The notes under the pieces are model-generated. The model was not told the DNA's origin. It did not search any database and saw only the letters and a list, made by a program, of their open reading frames with translations. DNA of 64,000 nt from a virus: IMG/VR virus record IMGVR_UViG_3300031965_000001, positions 7,267 to 71,266 of that record, one strand, 5' to 3'. Position 1 is the first letter of the stretch. Every line of letters begins with the position of its first letter. Shown one piece after another: positions 9,267 to 18,525 of the stretch. A program made the position numbers and the translations under genes.

Positions 9267-9638
9267 ATGGAAAAGAATTTTGTAGACATGGTTATAAAGA
9301 AAATCGTAGAATCCAGAGATGGGTGTAAGCATGAATGTGAATACGGAGAAGGGCATGTGTTTGATACCTATTGTGCTAAATGTGGCATGTCGGTAAGAGA
9401 TTACAAATTTGAAGACTGGATAGACCTCGAAGATGTTCTAAGGGCAACGTGGACAGACGATTCTGTAAAAAAATATTTAGAAGTTAGGACTATTGACATT
9501 CCTAGAGATGATATTATGGGGTCCAGAGATAGCATGATCGCCAGTATCGTCTATTCATGGGAACTGGGTAAAACACTGCGCGAACAAAGCGAAGAAACAT
9601 TGAAATTTTTAGACTCAATTCTCCCACCATCTTTATGA
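9267..9638 (+). CDS. Hypothetical protein
   Basis: 123-aa ORF with a CxH...CxxC cluster. Confidence 0.55.
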   Translation: MEKNFVDMVIKKIVESRDGCKHECEYGEGHVFDTYCAKCGMSVRDYKFEDWIDLEDVLRATWTDDSVKKYLEVRTIDIPRDDIMGSRDSMIASIVYSWELGKTLREQSEETLKFLDSILPPSL

Positions 9639-9832
9639 TAAAATTTATATCATACATTCTCATCGCACCATTCATATTTTTCTGTATCCTCTTTTTTATA
9701 TTAACAGTAATAGTAAGCGCAATGATGGCATTTGATGGAATAAAAAATGGAGATATAGAACTGATATTTATTGGTGCAGGAATATTTTCCTTATTTCTTT
9801 TTGTATTAGGAATTTGGATAATGCCAAAATAA
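9635..9832 (+). CDS. Small two-TM membrane protein
   Basis: Two hydrophobic helices; ATGA overlap with the upstream stop. Confidence 0.55.
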   Translation: MIKFISYILIAPFIFFCILFFILTVIVSAMMAFDGIKNGDIELIFIGAGIFSLFLFVLGIWIMPK

Positions 9833-9837
9833 AAGAT

Positions 9838-10278
9838 ATGAAAATAATAATGTTAGACATTGACGGCGTATGTAACCAAATGGGTCCCTCCTACTCAACA
9901 CCCATAAAAATGGTTGGCGATATTTTAACTCAGGTTGAGCCAGAGATTATCTATAGGTTTAATCTTTTGGTGGATAGGACTGACGCAGAAATAGTCCTTT
10001 CTAGCTCTTGGAGATACCACCCAAACTGGAGAGAAATAATGAAGGCGAGTGGGATTGTAAAATCATTTTTAGACAGAACCCCATTTGATCGTTCTTACTC
10101 ATCTAGGGGTCATTCAATACAGGCGTGGCTGGATGATCATACAGAAGTAGAAAAATATGCGATAATTGACGATGATCGGGACATGCTTCCAGCACAACTG
10201 CCAAACTTCTTTCATTGTAATGAAGAAGAAGGATTAACAGAGGAAATTGCAAAGACCATAGAACTTCACCTTTCTTAA
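9838..10278 (+). CDS. HAD-fold phosphatase (Swiss-army-knife RNA-repair-like HAD family)
   Basis: MLDIDGV, IVLSSSWR, RGHSIQAWL, YAIIDDD. Confidence 0.8.
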   Translation: MKIIMLDIDGVCNQMGPSYSTPIKMVGDILTQVEPEIIYRFNLLVDRTDAEIVLSSSWRYHPNWREIMKASGIVKSFLDRTPFDRSYSSRGHSIQAWLDDHTEVEKYAIIDDDRDMLPAQLPNFFHCNEEEGLTEEIAKTIELHLS

Positions 10279-11997
10279 ATGGAACTCAGGCCCTACCAGC
10301 GTGATTGTGTCGATGCTATATGGAAGGCTGTGGATGAAGGTGAGAAATTAATGATAGTTGTCATGGCTACAGGGCTTGGGAAATCCGTCATACTAGCAGA
10401 TATACCTAAAGTTATCAAGGGTAGAGGGGGCAAAACTTTAATAGTAGCGCACAGAGAGGAGCTGCTTAACCAAATAAAAGAGAAAATAGAACTCATATCT
10501 CCTGAATTAAAAATAGGAGTGGAACAGGCAGAAAAAACAGCTCCACCATATTCAGATGTGATCCTCGCTAGTGTCGCCACCATAGGCAGAAAAGATTCAA
10601 AAAGATTAAAGAAATTTAACCCAAATGAAATTCAATGTATACTACTTGACGAAAGCCACAGATCGGTTTCTGATGGTTTCAGCAATGTTCTCTCGTACTT
10701 CGGATGTAATAAAAAGGAAGGGATTAAGCCTGATTGTCCTTTTGTGGTCGGCTTCACTGCCACACCGTTTCGTGGGGATTCGGTTGGGCTGGAAAAGGTA
10801 TTCAATAAGGTGGTTTATACATACGACATAAACACAGGAATTGAAAATGGATACCTTAGTGATATACGGGCCTATAGTATTTTTACAAATCATAAACTCA
10901 ATGTAGGGGTTAGGGCTGGGGATTTTGCAATCAACGAGCTATCAGAATCAGTGAACAACCCGATAAGAAACAAGCTAGTTGTTGATTCCTATAAAGAAAT
11001 ATGTGGAGGGGAAAAGGCTATATGCTTCACCGTAGATGTTCAACACACTTTTGATTTATGTAATCAATTTCGGTCATCTGGATTTTTGGCACACCCAGCA
11101 CACGGCGGTATGCCAAAAGACGAAAGACATGATGTTGTTGATAGGTTTAGGAACGGAGATATACAGGTTCTCTTGAATTGTTCTATGTACTGCGAAGGAT
11201 TCGATGCGCCTGAAACAAGGGCTATACTCATGGCTCGACCGACAAAGAGCAAGACCCTATGGCAACAGTGCATAGGGAGGGGCACAAGAATCACTCCCAC
11301 CAAGAATGAGATGAAACTGTTGGACTTCGTCGATAGCTGCAAGCGCCACAGGCTAGTAACCTCCAGCTCCCTCATCGGTCTCGATGAACCCCTCCGAGCA
11401 AAAGGTCAAAGAATAATGAAGATGAAAGATAAAATCGACGAACTAAGAAACCGCCACCCCAACAAAGACCTCTCAAAAATTGATCTTGAGAATATCGACA
11501 AAGAAATTGAAGAGATAAATATCTTTGAGATGGCTACGCTCCCCCCTATTATCATGGAGAATAGCAAATATAAATGGGTTCAATATCTTGATGGATATAA
11601 GATTTTTCTCGGAGATAATGAAAATGGAGAAAAGAGATATTGTGAAATAAGACCAAATATCGTTGGCACATACGAAATCCATATTTATACAATGGTTAAA
11701 AATCCCAAAGAGAGAATAGAAATGGATGGTCTTTACAGAAAAAATGACAGTAAGCTGGTTGGTTCTGCGCCGACCGATATAGATGCTATAAAAATGGCAG
11801 ACTCATTTATAGAGCAAAATATGGCATCTTCCAAAAACCTCATTAGCCAAGATGCTAGGTGGAATAATGATGTAGCTACACCTAAACAGGTGAGATTTCT
11901 TACGAGAAACGGTCATAACAAACAAGACGCAGAAATGCTCACAAAGGGGCAGGCGTCGAATTTGATATCAAATATAATCAATTCCTTCAAGGGCTAG
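10279..11997 (+). CDS. SF2 DEAD/DEAH-box helicase
   Basis: LRPYQ, ATGLGKS, DESH, GFTATP, EGFDAP, QCIGRGTR. Confidence 0.92.
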   Translation: MELRPYQRDCVDAIWKAVDEGEKLMIVVMATGLGKSVILADIPKVIKGRGGKTLIVAHREELLNQIKEKIELISPELKIGVEQAEKTAPPYSDVILASVATIGRKDSKRLKKFNPNEIQCILLDESHRSVSDGFSNVLSYFGCNKKEGIKPDCPFVVGFTATPFRGDSVGLEKVFNKVVYTYDINTGIENGYLSDIRAYSIFTNHKLNVGVRAGDFAINELSESVNNPIRNKLVVDSYKEICGGEKAICFTVDVQHTFDLCNQFRSSGFLAHPAHGGMPKDERHDVVDRFRNGDIQVLLNCSMYCEGFDAPETRAILMARPTKSKTLWQQCIGRGTRITPTKNEMKLLDFVDSCKRHRLVTSSSLIGLDEPLRAKGQRIMKMKDKIDELRNRHPNKDLSKIDLENIDKEIEEINIFEMATLPPIIMENSKYKWVQYLDGYKIFLGDNENGEKRYCEIRPNIVGTYEIHIYTMVKNPKERIEMDGLYRKNDSKLVGSAPTDIDAIKMADSFIEQNMASSKNLISQDARWNNDVATPKQVRFLTRNGHNKQDAEMLTKGQASNLISNIINSFKG

Positions 11998-12066
11998 AAA
12001 AAAGTCTTGCTTTTGTTATTGACACAGTTTACAATGCTGGTGTTAATTTTTATTGATTCTATTTCC

Positions 12067-12372
12067 ATGGTAAAAGAAAGAAAGATCGGAACGAAAGGAC
12101 ACAAAACACTGATGAGTGAATGGCGTGTCGCCAAGAATCTCAGCCTAAACGATATAGCCAAAAAAATGGGCATAACAAGGGAATGTGTACGTTTATGGGA
12201 AAGGGGACGGACGAGGGCGAGCTTAGAAAATATCATATTTATTGCTGGAATTTTGGGAGTAAAGCCGCACGATATCGAGAGACATTTTGCTGAGGAGGCG
12301 ATGAAAAGGCGGGGGATAATGTCGTATGGAGATGAAGGGGAGGAGGAGAAAAAAGAGCTGAAGGTCTTCTAG
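12067..12372 (+). CDS. XRE-family HTH regulator
   Basis: WRVAKNLSLNDIAKKMGITRECVRLWERG. Confidence 0.8.
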   Translation: MVKERKIGTKGHKTLMSEWRVAKNLSLNDIAKKMGITRECVRLWERGRTRASLENIIFIAGILGVKPHDIERHFAEEAMKRRGIMSYGDEGEEEKKELKVF

Positions 12373-12376
12373 GGTC

Positions 12377-12405
12377 TTGACAGAATCATGGAGAACTGCT
12401 AGGGT
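12377..12405 (+). promoter_or_regulatory. Sigma70-type promoter
   Basis: TTGACA-17-TAGGGT-6 nt-ATG 12412. Confidence 0.65.
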
Positions 12406-12411
12406 TTTGTC

Positions 12412-12597
12412 ATGGAACAACTATATTCCGACCTCGAACGGCACGATGGCATTGAGGGGGACATGAAAGATGAGCTGAAAATGCTCTATCCCGACTTCCC
12501 TGCCCTCGATTCCGACTCTCCTCCACCCATGCCTCAGGCAATGGTTGTAGGGATCAGGAGTGGAACGATGAGGATCAAGAGCGAGGTGCACCAATAA
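12412..12597 (+). CDS. Small hypothetical protein, leaderless
   Basis: 61 aa; followed by hairpin ATCGTATCA-TTT-TGATACGAT. Confidence 0.55.
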   Translation: MEQLYSDLERHDGIEGDMKDELKMLYPDFPALDSDSPPPMPQAMVVGIRSGTMRIKSEVHQ

Positions 12598-12702
12598 TCG
12601 TATCATTTTGATACGATTTGACAGAATAGCCCTAAAGGTGGATAGGGGGTCTTTGTTCTAAAATTGGTTGAATGGTGGAAAGATTTATATTATGGTGGGG
12701 GT

Positions 12703-13294
12703 ATGAGACCTGTGAACAGATTAAACATAGAGAATGGACAAAAGTTCAATAAGTGGACAGTTATTAGGGAAGAAGATCCAGTCATATATAGCAACGGAAA
12801 AAGAAAAAGACTTTTCCTATGTAGGTGTGAATGTGGGAAAGAGAATGTTGTACGCCTTGATAATATTAAAAATGGTAGGTCTCTATGCTGCATGAACTGC
12901 AAAAATGTTTTTCGAGCACACAGTATGTCTAAAACCGAAGAACATAATATATGGATGGGGATACAGAACAGATGCTATAACTCCAAGGGGAAACCACATA
13001 AAAATTACGGAGGAAGGGGTATATCAATGTGTGAATCATGGAAAAATGATTTTATGGAATTCTATAACGACATGGGGCCAAGACCGTCAAAAAAACATTC
13101 TATTGATAGAATTGATAATAATGGGAATTATTGCAAAGAAAATTGTAGGTGGGCAACGCAGGAGGAACAAAATAGTAATACTAGACAAAATTTCTATATA
13201 ACACACAACGGAGAAACTAAAACATTGGCTCAGTGGGAAAGGAAAACTGGTATATCCAAAACAGCAATAAAATACCGTATAAATTTTAAAAAAA
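12703..13294 (+). pseudogene. HNH endonuclease, 5' part, interrupted by the IS1595 element
   Basis: GQKFNKWTV, CRCECG, YGGRGI, SIDRIDNNGNYCKENCRWAT; frame continues at 16749 once the insertion is removed. Confidence 0.88.
13287..13294 (+). repeat. 8-bp target site duplication, left copy
   Basis: TAAAAAAA, identical to 16741-16748. Confidence 0.9.
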
Positions 13295-13395
13295 GGCGAC
13301 TATCCCTTGGAAGCTAGGACACTATGATTTACTCTCTTACTGTGACAGGCGGACTATGGCAGTAGACCCTTTCATTATTGGCTTCTGGCTCGGCG

Positions 13396-13743
13396 CTATT
13401 TTTTCTTTCTTTTTGACTTCGGTAGCTTCAGCACTGGTGTATCTCCGTCTTCGGCATTACCCAAATCATTAGCCGATAGTTCCATCGGTTCAGAAGTGCC
13501 ACTTTCTTTTGAGTATCCTTTTGAGTGTTGTAGTTTTGCAATCTCTTCACGTTGCTGTTCAATTTGACTATATTGACCTTGGATTTGTTGTCCTTGGTAT
13601 TCATGCTCCCTTACAAATCTCCCCACTCTATAGCTCCCGTAACAAATAGCAGGAATGACTACGACAAGAAATCCCCAGTTGCCCACAATACATTGCCACG
13701 CAAAACTTGCTATTTGTTCTACGTCTGGCGGGACATTGCTCAT
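13396..13743 (-). CDS. IS cargo: membrane-anchored hypothetical protein
   Basis: One TM helix then a Gln-rich coil. Confidence 0.6.
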   Translation of the reverse strand: MSNVPPDVEQIASFAWQCIVGNWGFLVVVIPAICYGSYRVGRFVREHEYQGQQIQGQYSQIEQQREEIAKLQHSKGYSKESGTSEPMELSANDLGNAEDGDTPVLKLPKSKRKKK

Positions 13744-14003
13744 TTCTTCTTTGGCAGTGAAACTTTAAGTTCGCCATATTTCTTTTCGTATTCCTCTATT
13801 TTTTCCTGTAAACGAAGCATTAACTTCTTAGCATGTTTTGGAGTAAATACGTACTGTCCATCAACAACAGAGCCTGTCTGTAATGCCAATATAAAGTGTT
13901 CTTCGTTAAACAAGACAAATGCCCTGTCACAAAAATAGCGACGCGGATCGCCAATTTCTACTTTTACTGTTTCTTCGTCATTCTGCTTTGTGGGTTTTGC
14001 CAT
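13740..14003 (-). CDS. IS cargo: DUF3467-like small protein
   Basis: RYFCDRAFVLFNEEHFILAL...FTPKHAKKLMLRLQEKIEEYEKKYG pattern. Confidence 0.55.
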   Translation of the reverse strand: MAKPTKQNDEETVKVEIGDPRRYFCDRAFVLFNEEHFILALQTGSVVDGQYVFTPKHAKKLMLRLQEKIEEYEKKYGELKVSLPKKK

Positions 14004-14043
14004 AGTGAAATGGGGAAAGAAACTAGACGATAGTATCAGTCTG

Positions 14044-14697
14044 TTATCTTTTGCTCCACCTATCTTTTACTTTTTTGAAGTATTCAATTCTGCTATCAAT
14101 CTTTACGATTTCTCTCGGATAAAAAGAGAGCATTACATCACACAGTTCAATCATCCAATCCTTTCTACTGTAATGTGAGTTAACAAGAATCTTGTTGGAG
14201 TTGGCAATCTGAATTTGCCCCCACCCCAATGCACCTACAGTAAGACATTCCCAAGATAAAAATTCGATAGGAACAAAATGAACCTTATCCACTTCAATAT
14301 GATTTTCATTCGCTGAGTATGCAACCATCAATATCACAAAGTAGTTTTTATCATCTTCATAGAATCTTGCCAGCCTCTCAACGGATGTTAAGTTTGGCAT
14401 ATTAAAGTGTGTATCCATTCTATGTGTTTTAATATCAACAACATGGTAGCATGAATTCTTGTCTGTGAATGCAACATCAGCCATTGCTCTTCGTGCAAAG
14501 TCAGAAGAGTATTCGGAAATATATTTGCCAAGAATTTTATCAAAATTGTCCTCCAAAACGCTTTGTATTGCATCACCTACTGCACGAGGGCTTGATATTG
14601 TTCTGGCTGATAAAAAGTCCTCTTCTGCGTTCAGAAAATCCTTTATCTTTTTTTGGATAGAAACATACTTATCTGTGCTGAATATAATGCTGCTCAT
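14044..14697 (-). CDS. IS cargo: type II restriction endonuclease, PD-(D/E)XK
   Basis: ADVAF...VDIKT catalytic pattern; PNLTSVERLA and QIQI recall HincII-type enzymes; TAATG overlap with the MTase stop. Confidence 0.7.
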   Translation of the reverse strand: MSSIIFSTDKYVSIQKKIKDFLNAEEDFLSARTISSPRAVGDAIQSVLEDNFDKILGKYISEYSSDFARRAMADVAFTDKNSCYHVVDIKTHRMDTHFNMPNLTSVERLARFYEDDKNYFVILMVAYSANENHIEVDKVHFVPIEFLSWECLTVGALGWGQIQIANSNKILVNSHYSRKDWMIELCDVMLSFYPREIVKIDSRIEYFKKVKDRWSKR

Positions 14698-15692
14698 TAC
14701 GAAACCAGAGAAAATAAGTCTGCTTCCTGTTGTACCCTATTTGGCTTGCCTTTCTTCTGGTCTGCAAGCGAATTCCTTTCCCAAAATACTCCATCACAAT
14801 ATCCCTGAATAGAGTTATCACCTTCTGCCATTTCTAGCCTTCTTTCAGTCAAACATGCGTAAAGTTTGTCGCTTTCCACTCCACAATATCTCCTTCCTAA
14901 CTTCTTAGCTACAACCGATGTTGTACCAGAGCCAAGAAACGGATCAAAGATCATATCACCCTCTTTGGAGCTTGCCAGTATTATTTTAGCAATGAGCTTT
15001 TCAGGTTTTTGTGTTGGATGATCTGTATTTTCTGGCATTGACCAGAAGGGAATGGAAATATCAGTCCAGAGATTGGAAGGTGATGTCAGACGGTAATTCC
15101 CATTTTCTTCTGATTGCCAGTCCTTAGCCTCTCCATTTTCATTTTTATATGGAGCTATCACTTTCTTTTTCAATTTAACTTCTTCCACATCGAAGAAAAA
15201 ATCATCACCTAACGTTCCGTACCAAATATCCTCAGAGCAGTTTTTCCAGTTAGTTTTTGCCCCACGACCTTTTTCTCTTTCCCATGTAATTCTATTTCGT
15301 ATGGTAAAATACTTCGACATTACGCGTTCTACTGCACTAGATGATTTCCAGTCGCAACAGACATATACGGAAGCAGTAGGCTTGAGTATTCTTGTAAGTT
15401 CAGATAGCCATGAATCTACATATTGTTTGTAATCATTATCCTGCATCTTCTTAAAAGAATTGGAATTAAACGTCTTATTTAAGTTGTACGGCGGATCAAT
15501 CACCAACAAATCAACGAAATTATCTGGTAAGCAATGTACTGCTTCAAAAAAGTCCTGATTTATCGTTTTACCATACAAGTAATCAGGTGTCACCCTTTCC
15601 TTTAATTCTATTAGATTGTGTGACAGTCTTTTCATTTCCTGTTCATCTAGCGTAATAGTTTTATTGCGTTCTGCACGAATTTTGTTTTCCAT
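14697..15692 (-). CDS. IS cargo: beta-class N6-adenine/N4-cytosine DNA methyltransferase
   Basis: DPPY precedes HPTQKP and FDPFLGSGTT. Confidence 0.93.
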   Translation of the reverse strand: MENKIRAERNKTITLDEQEMKRLSHNLIELKERVTPDYLYGKTINQDFFEAVHCLPDNFVDLLVIDPPYNLNKTFNSNSFKKMQDNDYKQYVDSWLSELTRILKPTASVYVCCDWKSSSAVERVMSKYFTIRNRITWEREKGRGAKTNWKNCSEDIWYGTLGDDFFFDVEEVKLKKKVIAPYKNENGEAKDWQSEENGNYRLTSPSNLWTDISIPFWSMPENTDHPTQKPEKLIAKIILASSKEGDMIFDPFLGSGTTSVVAKKLGRRYCGVESDKLYACLTERRLEMAEGDNSIQGYCDGVFWERNSLADQKKGKPNRVQQEADLFSLVS

Positions 15693-15764
15693 AAAACGAA
15701 GGGGTAATTGACCTCATACTAGCGACATTTATTTCTAGTAGCAAAAAATGCTATAATCCCCTAC

Positions 15765-15929
15765 ATGCCAGACCATTCCACTGACCAGAACAGCTTCTTT
15801 AGGCTCCTCAACCTTGCCGCTACGACACGCGTGAAAGGAGAAGATCGAAAAGATGGTTTCCACTCTTCCGATGATTGTAACGCCACTGAAATTCAGAAAC
15901 ATAAGCGTGGAGCATCTTCGGAGAAATAA
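15765..15929 (+). CDS. Putative 54-aa leaderless ORF convergent on and overlapping the transposase 3' end
   Basis: TGC-TATAAT at 15749-15757, 7 nt to ATG; MPDHSTDQNSFFRLLNLAATTR... Confidence 0.4.
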   Translation: MPDHSTDQNSFFRLLNLAATTRVKGEDRKDGFHSSDDCNATEIQKHKRGASSEK

Positions 15930-16677
15930 CGTGATGCGTACCGTCTAGGCTGCGTTTTAGTTGGCTCCAAAAGCCTTCAATGGTGTTTGTATGCGTTCCA
16001 TTCTCTTTGGCGTACTGCTTAGCTCCATGCTGTACCGTGTCATGCTCCATTTCCAGTAGTGTTGCGATTTTCTTGTAGGTCTTGAGTTCATCGGTCATAA
16101 CTTTCGTACCCTTGGCGATATTGTTTTGGAAGTGTGGAAGCAAGGTTGACGCTCTTACGTTCTCTACAACGGAAGCGTTCATTTTGCCCTTTCTCTGTAC
16201 GGCTCCAAACACAATCGTTTTTCCTTCTGCTCCACGCCCACGTTTACCTTTTCGCTTACCACCTACAGCCGTTTCATCGGCTTCTACTTCCCCGAAAAGC
16301 ATTGTGGCATTCTCCTTCATTAGCTTCCGTACTTGATGCCCGATTCTATAGGCGCATTTGTAGGTAACGTCCAAAGCCCTCTCCAGTTCCTTCGCTGATA
16401 CACCATTGCGAGATTGAGAGAAAAGAAAGATGGCAAAAAACCACTTCACAAGGTCTGTAGAAGAATGGTCAAAGATCGTTCCCTCCTTCGGGAAGATGTG
16501 AGAGCAGCCGTTCTTACAGGTGTAGCAAGCCCGTGTAGGGTGCTTGTAGAACTTTGTCTCCCCGCATTTCGCACACTTTGGTTCGGGGAAGCGTGCGTTG
16601 AAGAGATATGCCAGACAGGTGTTGTTATCGGGGAATCTCTTGTGGAAGTTGAGAACAGAGAGGCGTTGTGCTTTCAT
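15820..16677 (-). CDS. IS1595-family DDE transposase
   Basis: Zn ribbon CAKC...CKNGC, VEADET, MTDE, TNTIEGFWSQLKR, EFQWRYN. Confidence 0.95.
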   Translation of the reverse strand: MKAQRLSVLNFHKRFPDNNTCLAYLFNARFPEPKCAKCGETKFYKHPTRACYTCKNGCSHIFPKEGTIFDHSSTDLVKWFFAIFLFSQSRNGVSAKELERALDVTYKCAYRIGHQVRKLMKENATMLFGEVEADETAVGGKRKGKRGRGAEGKTIVFGAVQRKGKMNASVVENVRASTLLPHFQNNIAKGTKVMTDELKTYKKIATLLEMEHDTVQHGAKQYAKENGTHTNTIEGFWSQLKRSLDGTHHVISPKMLHAYVSEFQWRYNHRKSGNHLFDLLLSRVS

Positions 16678-16740
16678 AGGTGAGTAGGAATGTACCTATA
16701 GTCTAGCTTTTACCTTCCTAGTCGTCAAGGGATAATCACC

Positions 16741-16748
16741 TAAAAAAA
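16741..16748 (+). repeat. 8-bp target site duplication, right copy
   Basis: TAAAAAAA. Confidence 0.9.
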
Positions 16749-16966
16749 TGTCAGCAGAGGACGCACTATCAACACCTACTGACAAAATTAAATATGATAA
16801 TGCAAAAAAGATAAGATATAATGGACAAACAAAAACTATATCAGAATGGTCTATGGAAACTGGTCTCCCCTGCTATCTTATTTACAAAAGAATAGAAAGT
16901 GGATGGGACACTGAAAAAGTTCTAACAACAAAACACAAAAAATACAAAAAAAGAGGGAGATGTTAA
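16749..16966 (+). pseudogene. HNH endonuclease, 3' part (DNA-binding repeat)
   Basis: Joined read AIKYRINFKK-MSAEDALSTP; YNGQTKTISEW repeats HNGETKTLAQW of the 5' part. Confidence 0.85.
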
Positions 16967-16974
16967 TCTCCCTC
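16953..16974. terminator. Hairpin between convergent genes
   Basis: GAGGGAGAT-GTTA-ATCTCCCTC with an A-run on the left. Confidence 0.6.
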
Positions 16975-16997
16975 AAATTTCGCAGAGAAAAGACGAT

Positions 16998-17459
16998 TCA
17001 GAGCAAATTTTTCTTGACCAAAAGTGCATCATAAAACGTTTTCGCATCGGATGTTACATCATAATCACCATCAAGATTGAACTCAATGGAATACTGCCCT
17101 AAGCGAGGTTCCTGGTCATTCGCGTGATTTATCTTCTTGAACGTCCAGTGTGATGTTCCATCTGTGCTATGGTAGAACGCAACTCCATCCCCAACAGCCG
17201 TTCCGACAGTAACTGGAGTCAAATAACGATAATCAGCGTTATCCGAAGCTGCTACCATGAGCGTAAGCATGTTGGTTAAGTACGTTTTCAACTGATCTGC
17301 CGATCCCCCCTCGTCGGAGAAAACGACACCGCCCTTTACAGCGTCTGTGTCATTCACATCGTCTGCATCCCGTTCTGCGATAACGAGAGAGTCATGTACG
17401 ACACCAGTAACGTGTGTCAGGGCTTTTGTATTTCTATTGATAATAATAGCAACAGCCAT
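16998..17459 (-). CDS. Hypothetical protein, possibly virion
   Basis: 153 aa, Asp/Thr/Val/Gly-rich. Confidence 0.55.
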   Translation of the reverse strand: MAVAIIINRNTKALTHVTGVVHDSLVIAERDADDVNDTDAVKGGVVFSDEGGSADQLKTYLTNMLTLMVAASDNADYRYLTPVTVGTAVGDGVAFYHSTDGTSHWTFKKINHANDQEPRLGQYSIEFNLDGDYDVTSDAKTFYDALLVKKNLL

Positions 17460-17613
17460 TTGTAAAATTAGAATAAAATAAAGTATAGATAGTATCTCCT
17501 ACTATTTACACGTTGACAACCCCCTATTCTATATTTTACAAATAGTTGTTATTATAACATATTTTTTATTAAAATCAATGTTCTGTTTTTCATGATCGTG
17601 CTATGATAAAAAC

Positions 17614-17796
17614 ATGAACAAAGGGAAATCTCGACGGGCATCTAAACATAAGAAAAGCGGAAAGTATTCTAAGACTTTCAGTCGTTCGGTAAAAAAGAAT
17701 GGTATGTGGAGAGGGAAAGTTGTGGACAAAATTGTTCATGATGCCTACCTTTCTGAACTCCGCCAAAAAACTAAGGCAGTCTCGGCAAACGGCTAA
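17614..17796 (+). CDS. Small basic hypothetical protein
   Basis: 60 aa, Lys/Arg-rich. Confidence 0.4.
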   Translation: MNKGKSRRASKHKKSGKYSKTFSRSVKKNGMWRGKVVDKIVHDAYLSELRQKTKAVSANG

Positions 17797-18376
17797 CAAC
17801 GACAGCCAGCTCCTCTCTTGTAACAAAATCAGTGGGTCTAAATAGCCCATCTTCGCCCCCCTTCATTATCCCCTTTTCTTTGCAATAGCGAACGGCTTCC
17901 TCGCTCCATCTTCCTATCTCTACGTCTGGGAATACTGGGATCGGTATGGGAATAGATGTATCTAGTTTAATGTTGGAAAAAGGTCGATATTGGTTGATTC
18001 TATAGGTATTTTTTACCAATTTCGCTGGAAAAACGAGCGGGTCAATCATTTGCTTCGTATCGTTGTTATAGCAAAAGAAATGTGTTTCATAGCCTTGATC
18101 TGCATAATCTCTTGTTCTCGCGATACACCACCCATCTGGAGGAGTATTGGTAGCCCCCAATGCCCTACCCCCGCAATATTTTGCTATTGTATCTGAAAAT
18201 ATAAGACCAGCATCATTAAATGCTCCATTCACTACCAATAATTCTGTAGGATGTTTCTGATAAAGATTCGCTAAGGAAACGAGAAAACAGCCAAATCCAG
18301 AAACCCGAAGATTGCTTCTGCCAAGGCTAGCATTTTGATAGCTAGGGTCGCGCTGCGAATGCAAAAAGGTTGTCAT
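17771..18376 (-). CDS. Peptidase C39-like domain plus C-terminal SLH domain (endolysin candidate)
   Basis: HSQRDP...GCFLVSLA...THF; SLH FPDV...WSEEAV...GIMKG...FRPTDFVTREE; promoter TTGCCC-17-TATAAT-7-ATG. Confidence 0.72.
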   Translation of the reverse strand: MTTFLHSQRDPSYQNASLGRSNLRVSGFGCFLVSLANLYQKHPTELLVVNGAFNDAGLIFSDTIAKYCGGRALGATNTPPDGWCIARTRDYADQGYETHFFCYNNDTKQMIDPLVFPAKLVKNTYRINQYRPFSNIKLDTSIPIPIPVFPDVEIGRWSEEAVRYCKEKGIMKGGEDGLFRPTDFVTREELAVVVSRLPRLP

Positions 18377-18416
18377 TGTTTATATTATAGAGGGTCTTTT
18401 TTGTTGGGGCAAGGCA

Positions 18417-18445
18417 TTGACAACAATCTATTTTCTGATTAGAAT
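18417..18445 (+). promoter_or_regulatory. Promoter of the HNH gene
   Basis: TTGACA-17-TAGAAT, 5 nt before the conserved leader. Confidence 0.75.
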
Positions 18446-18450
18446 TAAAT

Positions 18451-18525
18451 AGATGCTGACAAGGGCATTTCTTAGAAGATTACTTTCCGTGCACTGCTTG
18501 TCCATTGCACGGAGAATAGTCTTTT
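18451..18525 (+). ncRNA. Structured 5' leader, copy 1 (two hairpins with complementary loops)
   Basis: Differs from 20562-20637 at only 3 positions, all outside stems. Confidence 0.65.

Larger units (their letters stand above)
13295..16740 (-). mobile_element. IS1595-family element with passenger genes (type II R-M system plus two small ORFs), 3446 bp
   Basis: 25-bp TIRs GGCGACTATCCCTTGGAAGCTAGGA and GGTGATTATCCCTTGACGACTAGGA (19/25), perfect 8-bp TSD, IS1595 transposase; excision restores the HNH frame. Confidence 0.92.

Noticed and set aside
14044-14697. Assigning HincII specificity (GTYRAC) to the cargo nuclease
   Set aside because: Only short motif resemblance; the MTase class differs from what I recall for that system and GTYRAC sites occur in the window.
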